A DNA stretch of 64,000 nt, taken from positions 50,719-114,718 of the forward strand of contig CANITF010000005.1 of assembly GCA_947470515.1 (NCBI GenBank), given 5' to 3'. A program made the position numbers and the translations under genes. Position 1 is the first letter of the stretch. Every line of letters begins with the position of its first letter. Of the stretch, positions 56,555-64,000 are shown piece by piece. Under the pieces are notes generated by a model that was given only the letters and a program-made list of their open reading frames with translations, was not told the origin of the DNA and did no database searches. The stretch comes from Flavobacteriales bacterium (GTDB taxonomy: Bacteria; Bacteroidota; Bacteroidia; Flavobacteriales_D; Crocinitomicaceae).

Positions 56555-58456
56555 TCAAACCTTCCCTTTCACAATCTCATCAATAATTTCTGGATTCAAC
56601 AAAGTCGATGTATCACCAAAGTTAGAAAAGTCTCCTTCACTAATTTTCCGTAAAATTCTTCTCATTATTTTTCCAGAGCGCGTTTTAGGTAAGCCATCAA
56701 CGAATTGAATTTTATCCAGTTTTGCGATTGGCCCGATATGATCCGAAATCAATTTATTTATTTCTTGACGCAGGTTGTTATGATCGCGATTTTCACCTGA
56801 TTCCTTCAGAATAATAAAACCGTAAAGCGCATTCCCTTTTATATCATGTGGGAAGCCAACTAATGCTGATTCCGCAACAGCTGGGTGTTCATTTATTGCA
56901 TCTTCTATTGGCGCCGTTCCAAGATTGTGACCAGAAACAATAACCACATCGTCAACTCGACCAGTGATACGGTAATAACCAACTTCATCTCTAAAAGCAC
57001 CGTCACCAGTAAAATATTTTCCAGGATAAGCTTTGAAATACGTATCGATGTACCGTTCATGATCTCCCCAAATTGTTCTTGCAATTCCGGGCCAAGGAAA
57101 GTTAATGCACAAATTACCTGTTACTTGTTCTCCTTCAATTTCATTTCCTTTGTCATCCATTAGTAGAGGTTGAACTCCAGGAATTGGAAGTGTGGCATAG
57201 GTTGGTTTTGTTGGTGTAATTCCTGCTAAAGGAGAAATTAGTATTCCACCAGTTTCTGTTTGCCACCACGTATCTACAATTGGACATTTTTTCTTTCCAA
57301 CATGATTATCGTACCAATGCCAAGCCTCTTCATTGATTGGTTCACCAACTGATCCTAAAATTTTCAAGGAACTTAAATTATATTTTTCAACCCATTCGAT
57401 ATTTTCTTTAGCCAAAGATCGAATCGCAGTTGGAGCAGTATATAAATGTGTAATCTTATGTTTGTCAATGATTTCCCAAAACCTACCAAAATCTGGATAG
57501 GATGGAACTCCTTCAAATAGCACAGTTGTAGCGCCATTCAATAATGCACCATATAGAATATAAGAGTGACCTGTTATCCAACCAATATCAGCTGTGCACC
57601 AAAAAATATCTTGTTCTTGGTATTGAAAGACATTTTTAAAAGTATAACCTGTATAAACCATATATCCAGCAGTTGTATGAACCATTCCTTTTGGTTTACC
57701 TGTTGAACCAGAAGTATATAGAATAAACAATGGGTCTTCAGCATCCATGATTTCAGGAGTATTATTTATCGAACTGTTTTCCAGTAATTCTTCCATCCAA
57801 TAATCACGACCATCTTGAATATTTATTGGAGTATTTGTGCGCTTAACAAGTAAAACCTTATCGACACATGGACATTTTACTAATGCTTCATCAACAATAC
57901 TTTTTAAATCAATTGTTTTATTCCCTCTAAATCCTCCGTCAGCCGTAATTACTAATTTACAGTCTGAATCTAAAATTCTAGCGGCAATGGCACTTGCAGA
58001 AAAGCCAGCAAAAACTACTGAATGGATTGCTCCAATTCGTGCACAAGCTAAAACAGAAATAGCTAATTCTGGAATCATTGGTAAATAAATACAAACGCGA
58101 TCGCCTTTGGAGATTCCTTGTTCTTTTAACACATTGGCCATTTTACAAACACGAAGATGCAATTCTTCATACGTAATATGCTGAGCAGCTTCATTTGGGT
58201 CATTTGGTTCGAAAAGAATAGCTGTTTTTTTACTTCTATTAACTAAATGCCTGTCAATTGCATTTTCAGTAATATTCAATTTACCACCTTCAAACCACGA
58301 GAATTTAGCTTCAGTCATATTGAAGTCTAAAACGTTATCCCATTTTTTATTCCAGCTAAAGTTATCAGCAATTTCACCCCAAAATTTTCTAGGAGTTCGG
58401 ATTGAACGTCTATATTGTTTGAAATAATCTTCTAAGTCGTGAATTGTATAAGCCAT
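56555..58456 (-). CDS. acs: Acetyl-CoA synthetase (AMP-forming)
   Basis: 633 aa. YTSGSTGKPKG, WWQTETGG, YFTGDGAFRDEVGYYRITGRVDDV, and a C-terminal PKTRSGKIMRR. Confidence 0.94.
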   Translation of the reverse strand: MAYTIHDLEDYFKQYRRSIRTPRKFWGEIADNFSWNKKWDNVLDFNMTEAKFSWFEGGKLNITENAIDRHLVNRSKKTAILFEPNDPNEAAQHITYEELHLRVCKMANVLKEQGISKGDRVCIYLPMIPELAISVLACARIGAIHSVVFAGFSASAIAARILDSDCKLVITADGGFRGNKTIDLKSIVDEALVKCPCVDKVLLVKRTNTPINIQDGRDYWMEELLENSSINNTPEIMDAEDPLFILYTSGSTGKPKGMVHTTAGYMVYTGYTFKNVFQYQEQDIFWCTADIGWITGHSYILYGALLNGATTVLFEGVPSYPDFGRFWEIIDKHKITHLYTAPTAIRSLAKENIEWVEKYNLSSLKILGSVGEPINEEAWHWYDNHVGKKKCPIVDTWWQTETGGILISPLAGITPTKPTYATLPIPGVQPLLMDDKGNEIEGEQVTGNLCINFPWPGIARTIWGDHERYIDTYFKAYPGKYFTGDGAFRDEVGYYRITGRVDDVVIVSGHNLGTAPIEDAINEHPAVAESALVGFPHDIKGNALYGFIILKESGENRDHNNLRQEINKLISDHIGPIAKLDKIQFVDGLPKTRSGKIMRRILRKISEGDFSNFGDTSTLLNPEIIDEIVKGKV

Positions 58457-58465
58457 TGTCGTCTT

Positions 58466-59368
58466 TTAAAAATAAATAGGAGCACCAATTAGTTTACCGT
58501 CTCTAATAATCAATGCTGGGAAAGGAATTTTTAGATAATTCAATTGTTTTAAAACTGTTTTAAGCCACTTTTTTTGAACTGGAATTCTACTAAAATCAAT
58601 ATCTAGGGAAAAGATGAATTCTCTTTGCGAAGAATAGGAAATTAAACTAATAGGATCAATGTATGTTTCTTGATCACCAACTATTTTTTGATTTACACTA
58701 TACCCAAAAGATAAACAAATCCATTTTGGAATTGAAGTATTTTTTGTAAATAAAAATGGATTAAAACTTACCCAATAAGTTTGTCCATTGTAATCTTTTA
58801 AAAACCGTTCTTGAAAATTTGACCCTAGAACTTCGGGTCTTAAAGCAGCAAATTCTGTAGGATGATATGAGAATTTTAATAAAAAACGTTGCTCTTTCCA
58901 TGCTAATTCTTGACCAAGATAAATTCCTGCACCAAGAGCATTGGAACTCATGTCATACCAGGAAAATCCCCATCCAGAGCTAAAACCATCAAAAATCTCT
59001 AAAGTAGTTTGAAACCCTAACCCAATTCCAGTTCCGATAACTGCTGCATTATTTGACTTCATTCCAGACCATTTGTAGAGATTACCCGCAAATTGACTTA
59101 TTTGATAATTCGTGTAGACATGCCCTGCTTTGTCCATTTGTAACCAATTTGCTCCGTCATTGAATGTATGAAAACTTGTTTTGTCGTAATCTTTATACCA
59201 TACTTGAGAAAGACCAACCATACTTCCAGCCCATACTGTGCTCGAGCCAATTGAAATAGGAATCAATCTTTTCTTGCTGAGTGAATCAGCTGTAGCTAAA
59301 AAAGTAGTTTGCCCAAACAATAAGTTTGCAGAAAAAAAACTGAATATAATTATTAGGCGAGAACTCAT
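58466..59368 (-). CDS. DUF2279-like exported protein
   Basis: Signal peptide. The WLQMDKAGH motif resembles the conserved D-K-x-x-H of the DUF2279/YfiM family. The assignment is from memory only. Confidence 0.45.
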   Translation of the reverse strand: MSSRLIIIFSFFSANLLFGQTTFLATADSLSKKRLIPISIGSSTVWAGSMVGLSQVWYKDYDKTSFHTFNDGANWLQMDKAGHVYTNYQISQFAGNLYKWSGMKSNNAAVIGTGIGLGFQTTLEIFDGFSSGWGFSWYDMSSNALGAGIYLGQELAWKEQRFLLKFSYHPTEFAALRPEVLGSNFQERFLKDYNGQTYWVSFNPFLFTKNTSIPKWICLSFGYSVNQKIVGDQETYIDPISLISYSSQREFIFSLDIDFSRIPVQKKWLKTVLKQLNYLKIPFPALIIRDGKLIGAPIYF

Positions 59369-59527
59369 CTTTATCGAAGTTAAGTAAAAACTTAAATTAT
59401 AAGGAATTTACTGTTGAAAAAATAAACAATTGCTTCTGTTGATGAATAGAATATATACTACCTTTAATTTTCAAACTGCGTCATTTGTAGAATTTCGTAA
59501 GGACCGATTGCACATAAAAATAACACG

Positions 59528-60211
59528 ATGAATAAAATTAGGAAAGATTGGAATGATATAAGAGTGAACGATAGTTGGGCAATTTTTAAAATAATGTCCG
59601 AATTTGTTGAAGGTTATGAGAGAATGGCAAAAATAGGTCCGTGTATTTCAATTTTCGGCTCTGCTCGCACAAAACCCGACAATAAATATTATCAAATTGG
59701 TGTTGAAATTGCAAAGAAACTTGCTGAAGCCGGTTATGGTGTAATTACTGGTGGTGGACCGGGAATAATGGAAGCTGCCAACAAAGGGGCTCAATTAGGA
59801 CTTGGTAAATCAGTTGGATTGAATATCGATTTACCTTTTGAGCAAAATCATAACCCATACATAGATCAAGAACACAATATTGAATTTGATTACTTTTTTG
59901 TGCGAAAAGTTATATTTGTTAAATATGCTCAAGCATTTGTCGTGTTACCTGGTGGTTTTGGGACATTAGATGAATTATTTGAGGCATTAACATTGATTCA
60001 AACAAAAAAGATCAATCACAGACCAGTTGTGTTAATCGGTGTAGAATATTGGCAAGGTTTACTGGTGTGGATGAAAGATTCTATGTTACATATGGAACAA
60101 AATATTGCAGAAGTAGATTTGAATTTATTTAAATTGGTTGACACAGCGGATGAAGCATTCAAATACATTGAAGACTTCTATAAATCCCATGCATTGTCAC
60201 CAAATTTTTAA
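59528..60211 (+). CDS. LOG-family (TIGR00730) nucleotide 5'-monophosphate phosphoribohydrolase
   Basis: ITGGGPGIMEAANKGA and PGGFGTLDELFE are the two LOG signature motifs. Confidence 0.88.
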   Translation: MNKIRKDWNDIRVNDSWAIFKIMSEFVEGYERMAKIGPCISIFGSARTKPDNKYYQIGVEIAKKLAEAGYGVITGGGPGIMEAANKGAQLGLGKSVGLNIDLPFEQNHNPYIDQEHNIEFDYFFVRKVIFVKYAQAFVVLPGGFGTLDELFEALTLIQTKKINHRPVVLIGVEYWQGLLVWMKDSMLHMEQNIAEVDLNLFKLVDTADEAFKYIEDFYKSHALSPNF

Positions 60212-60284
60212 AATAGGATTGTTTCGATTTACTTTTATTTTTTTTACTTCTTATTGCTTATATTTGCGTGATTGATTTCAACAT

Positions 60285-61097
60285 ATGGAATTTTTAAAAA
60301 AACTCAGAACCTTTATTTGGAGCAAGCATTTTCTAAAACATTTTGGATTAATGCTACTTGCCTATCTAATTATAGTAAGTGTTACCGTATTTTATTTGGA
60401 TTCATACACCAATCATGGGCAGCGCATTTCTGTGCCTAATATGATTGGTAAAAATGTCAATGATGTAAAAAGTACCTTAGAAGAATTGGGATTACAATAC
60501 GAAGTTTTAGATTCCATTTATGACCCTTCAAAACCATCAGGAACAATTATCGATCAAGATCCAGATCCCACAATGTTTTCTCAAGTTTATGTGAAGGAAA
60601 GTCGTATCATTCGATTTCGTGTTTCTAAAAAGTCACGACTTGTTGAAATGCCTAGCTTAGTTGATAAATCACAACGATTTGCTGAAAGTATTTTGGAAAA
60701 TAGAGGGTTGAAATGCATAATCCAATTTAAAGAAACAAATGAGGCGAATGGCGCTGTTCTAGAACAACGTTATAAGGGAAAAAGTGTTAGAGAAGGTGCT
60801 CGAATCCCAATTGGATCTACCATAGTATTGATTGTAGGAAAGAATGGACAAGGAGAACCAGTTGATATTCCAAATTTATATGGTTTAACAATATTTGAAG
60901 CAAAAGACCGTTTAGCAACCTTAGGATCATTTGGCTTCTTGCCTGTTTGTGAAGGTTGTCTAACGTATGAAGATTCTTTGGCGTCAAGAATAGAATCTCA
61001 ATCGCCAGAGTATATTGAGGGAATACAAATTCCAGCAGGTTCTACAATAACAGTATATGCAACGAAGAACTTTACAGGTGATGGTCAAAATCCATAA
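60285..61097 (+). CDS. Stand-alone PASTA-domain membrane protein
   Basis: An N-terminal TM anchor, then three ~65-aa repeats each beginning with VPN/MPSL/IPNLxGK..., the PASTA pattern (VPNMIGKNVNDV..., MPSLVDKSQRFA..., IPNLYGLTIFEA...). Confidence 0.75.
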   Translation: MEFLKKLRTFIWSKHFLKHFGLMLLAYLIIVSVTVFYLDSYTNHGQRISVPNMIGKNVNDVKSTLEELGLQYEVLDSIYDPSKPSGTIIDQDPDPTMFSQVYVKESRIIRFRVSKKSRLVEMPSLVDKSQRFAESILENRGLKCIIQFKETNEANGAVLEQRYKGKSVREGARIPIGSTIVLIVGKNGQGEPVDIPNLYGLTIFEAKDRLATLGSFGFLPVCEGCLTYEDSLASRIESQSPEYIEGIQIPAGSTITVYATKNFTGDGQNP

Positions 61098-61116
61098 TTC
61101 TATTAATAAAAATTGA

Positions 61117-63357
61117 ATGAAAGGAAAAATACTAGCATTGATTTTAATTTGTTGTCCAATAGTGTTTTTTGCCCAAGGTGAAGAAGTAGGACCATTAACT
61201 GGGAATCCTGATTTACAAGGTAAAAATAAAAAATCTAACAAAATAGAAAAAGCGAATCCAGGGACTTTTGACAGTACGTTTATATATAAACCTGACACCT
61301 TAAACCTGCCGTTTTTTGATGAATTCACTAAGAATCATTTTGAACAATACAATGCTGATTTTGCTGATTTAGGAGTTACGAGTGACAAGAAATATAGGAT
61401 TTTAGATAATGTTACCTCCATACAAATCCCTAATAATCTTTATTTTTCTGGACAAGCAACATTTCGAAGAACATACGACGTTTTAACATCCACATATACA
61501 GATGTGAATTTTAGTCCTACTCAATTTAAAGTTGGTAGTTTGGCAACTTACCCCGTTAGCTATGCTACAACAGATTTATACCCACCTTATTACATTTATG
61601 ATACGGTTGGAACACCGGATGTGTCAGATACAATTTGGATAGTTAGCCCTGAATTCTATCAAGATTCAGCAACGCAATTTTTCGCAAATTTAAACAACAG
61701 TGATGCGTTTTGGCTTGATGACCAAGCTTACCACAATTATCGTTTTGCAGTTGAACCTCCATCACTGGGTGTTGTAACTTTTGATGGTTTAGATGAAAAT
61801 GGTTATCCATATGCCATTGGTTCAACGATAACAAATTATGCTGATTTTTTAACATCAAAACCGTTGGATTTATCTACTGTTAATGTCGCTGATTCAGTTT
61901 ATTTGAGTTTCATGTTTCAAGCAGAAGGTTTTGGAGATGTGCCAGAAACAACAGATTCTTTAGTTTTAGAATTTTATGCGAAGGACTTAGATCAATGGAA
62001 TTGGGTTTGGAGTGCCTCTGGACAGACTGTTGGTGATTTTCAAATTGGTCATATTCCTATAACTGATCCACTTTATTTTGAAAAAGGGTTTCAGTTTAGA
62101 TTTAAAAATTACGGAGCACTGTCTGGAATGCTTGATATCTTTAATATTGATTACGTTCATCTAAGAGCATTGTCAGGCTATCAAGATACCATTTTTAAAG
62201 ATTTAGCGTTTGTTTATCCAATTGGAAGTTTATTGAAAACATACACGTCAGTGCCTTGGGATCATTTTAAGAACAATTCAACAGGTAAAATGAATGATGC
62301 AGCTGCAATTACAATAAATAATGGAGCTGTAATTCAGGCAAATAATGACGATGGTCTTATTGAAGTTTCATACGGTGGTTTTGCAGAAGGGAATTACTTG
62401 TTGAATGGACAAACATTGGCAGGTGGAGTAGCACCTTTTAATTACCTTCCAGGAATCACAAGTTATTCTTACCATGATCTTTCTGGTGGTTATGTATATG
62501 ATATAACGAAACTTGGAAACCACCAAACTTTTGATGTTTTAGCTACGGCAACAACTCCAACAACTACTGCAAATGATTATACGTTGAATGATTCAACAAG
62601 CGGTATTCAATATTTTTCAAACTATTATAGTTATGATGACGGCAGCGCAGAAGCGGCATACGGTCCAACCGGAACGCAATCTCGTTTAGCGATTAAATAC
62701 AGTGCCTATGAAGCAGATTCAATTATTGGTATGAATATTCATTTTGTACCTTCTGTAGTTGATGTTTCAAACAAACTGTTTTTATTGACCGTTTGGAGCG
62801 ACAGTGGAGGAGTTCCTGGATTGGTTTTGTATGAAGATGATGTTTTCTTTCCGCGTCAACCTGAATATGGATCAAGTAGAAATGAATTTAAAACATATTA
62901 TTTCAAAGACACATTGAAGTTATCAGTTGGCTTAAGCTACTTTGTTGGATGGAGACAATTCGATGCAATTCGTCTAAATGTAGGTCTTGATAAAAATTTA
63001 GACAACTCAACTAATACATATTATAGTGTTGATAATGGTATATCCTGGTCGCAGTCCTCAATATCTGGATCTGTTATGATTAGACCTATTTATTCAACTG
63101 CAATGGATGTCGAATTGGGAATTGAAACAATAGGCAATCAACCAATCGTTAATTTGTATCCCAATCCAACGGCTGATGAAGTGAACATTGTAATAGAAAA
63201 TGGTTTATTTGAAGGTGTGGAAGTTTATTCTATTCAGGGTACTTTATTACTTCAAACGATAGAATCTAACGTTTCTTTAATTAATTTTCCAGCGGGTGTT
63301 TATTTTTTCCGATTAAAAGGAATTGATAAGGTTTATAAAATTATCAAGAACGAATGA
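61117..63357 (+). CDS. Large secreted hypothetical protein with a T9SS type-A C-terminal sorting domain
   Basis: Signal peptide MKGKILALILICCPIVFFAQ and a C-terminal LYPNPTADEVNIVI...AGVYFFRLKG CTD. I cannot assign the ~650-aa body. Confidence 0.75.
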   Translation: MKGKILALILICCPIVFFAQGEEVGPLTGNPDLQGKNKKSNKIEKANPGTFDSTFIYKPDTLNLPFFDEFTKNHFEQYNADFADLGVTSDKKYRILDNVTSIQIPNNLYFSGQATFRRTYDVLTSTYTDVNFSPTQFKVGSLATYPVSYATTDLYPPYYIYDTVGTPDVSDTIWIVSPEFYQDSATQFFANLNNSDAFWLDDQAYHNYRFAVEPPSLGVVTFDGLDENGYPYAIGSTITNYADFLTSKPLDLSTVNVADSVYLSFMFQAEGFGDVPETTDSLVLEFYAKDLDQWNWVWSASGQTVGDFQIGHIPITDPLYFEKGFQFRFKNYGALSGMLDIFNIDYVHLRALSGYQDTIFKDLAFVYPIGSLLKTYTSVPWDHFKNNSTGKMNDAAAITINNGAVIQANNDDGLIEVSYGGFAEGNYLLNGQTLAGGVAPFNYLPGITSYSYHDLSGGYVYDITKLGNHQTFDVLATATTPTTTANDYTLNDSTSGIQYFSNYYSYDDGSAEAAYGPTGTQSRLAIKYSAYEADSIIGMNIHFVPSVVDVSNKLFLLTVWSDSGGVPGLVLYEDDVFFPRQPEYGSSRNEFKTYYFKDTLKLSVGLSYFVGWRQFDAIRLNVGLDKNLDNSTNTYYSVDNGISWSQSSISGSVMIRPIYSTAMDVELGIETIGNQPIVNLYPNPTADEVNIVIENGLFEGVEVYSIQGTLLLQTIESNVSLINFPAGVYFFRLKGIDKVYKIIKNE

Positions 63358-64000
63358 ATGAAGAAATAGAAGAGGTTGAGAATGATGAAGAAGAGCTATT
63401 TGAACATTATAAAATTATCTCAGACCCAGGACAGGAAATAATTCGAATAGATAAATTCCTACTTGATCGGTTACCTAATACATCACGGAATAAAATTCAA
63501 AATGCCGCTAAGAACGGAACTGTTCTTGTTAATGGCGAAAAAGTTAAGCAGAATTATAAGATAAAACCGCACGACGAGGTTTCAATTGTTTTGCCATACC
63601 CTGTTAGAGAAATTGAACTTATTCCTCAAGATATTCCTATCGTCATTGAATATGAAGATGATTCTTTAGTTGTAGTGCACAAGCCTTCGAACATGGTTGT
63701 TCATCCAGGATATGGCAATTATACTGGAACATTAGTGAATGCACTCGTTTTTCACTTTGATAATTTACCTTATCGCATCCAAGATTATTTCGGTAGACCT
63801 GGCTTGGTGCATAGATTGGATAAAAATACAACTGGTTTAATGGTTGTCGCTAAAACTGAATTAGCATTGACAAAATTAGCTAAGCAGTTTTATGATCGCA
63901 CAACTGAGCGACGCTATCATGCTTTGGTTTGGGGAGATGTAAAGGAAAACGGAACAGTGATTGGGAATATTGGACGTTCATTGAAAAACAGAAAGGTAAT
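63354..64000 (+). CDS. rluD: RluA/RluD-family 23S rRNA pseudouridine synthase, 3'-truncated by the window edge (not in the ORF track)
   Basis: I translated it by hand from the ATG at 63354 (overlapping the upstream TGA as ATGA). It runs MNEEIEEV...RIDKFLLDRLPNTSRNKIQ (S4 domain)...HRLDKNTTGLMVVAK (catalytic Asp motif), with no stop before base 64000. Confidence 0.88.
   Translation, partial: MNEEIEEVENDEEELFEHYKIISDPGQEIIRIDKFLLDRLPNTSRNKIQNAAKNGTVLVNGEKVKQNYKIKPHDEVSIVLPYPVREIELIPQDIPIVIEYEDDSLVVVHKPSNMVVHPGYGNYTGTLVNALVFHFDNLPYRIQDYFGRPGLVHRLDKNTTGLMVVAKTELALTKLAKQFYDRTTERRYHALVWGDVKENGTVIGNIGRSLKNRKV

Noticed and set aside
1-64000. Mobile genetic element, prophage, integron or genomic island boundaries; tRNA or rRNA genes
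   Set aside because: No transposase, integrase, recombinase, phage structural or conjugation genes were recognised in any frame. No cloverleaf-capable G/C-rich segment was seen in the few spacers over 150 nt. Composition looks uniform by eye, though I could not compute GC skew or codon statistics.

Overview
This is a 64-kb chromosomal window from a low-GC Bacteroidota genome, probably Flavobacteriia-like. The evidence for that placement is five T9SS cargo proteins with type-A or type-B C-terminal sorting domains, a TonB-dependent receptor/DUF4249 pair, a bacterial GH3-family gene, and TAnnTTTG -7 boxes. I call about 58 protein genes, almost all housekeeping or envelope-related. They include fabF; sufS-sufE-sufT; tlyA; queD-folE; a deoxynucleoside kinase; hldD; pheT; bioD-bioA; and msrB. 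They also include a split transketolase, gap, ribD, a divergent peroxiredoxin/oxyR pair and waaA. A nucleotide-sugar block follows (WbpE/D/B/A-like genes, ugd, UDP-xylose synthase, rfbB, CpsB-like phosphatase). The window ends with acs, a LOG-family protein, a PASTA protein and a 3'-truncated rluD. I see no rRNA, tRNA, CRISPR array, transposase, integrase or phage genes. I also see no convincing multi-gene protein system of the defence or toxin type. The most unusual content is non-coding. Many intergenic spacers are built from a mosaic of short repeat modules. These include period-7 tandem arrays and 'CTATGTG...AGTGCATC' modules, one of which has a 48-nt perfect inverted copy 9.4 kb away and carries a conserved 15-codon micro-ORF. 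There are also a 30-nt core and a 3'-flank module, each shared between distant loci. Secondary oddities are a secreted vWA gene packed between the two transketolase halves, near-identical T9SS C-terminal domains on adjacent unrelated enzymes, a terminator-flanked 32-codon membrane micro-gene, and an outer-membrane barrel gene translationally coupled to waaA. All protein calls rest on motif recognition by eye, since no database search was possible.
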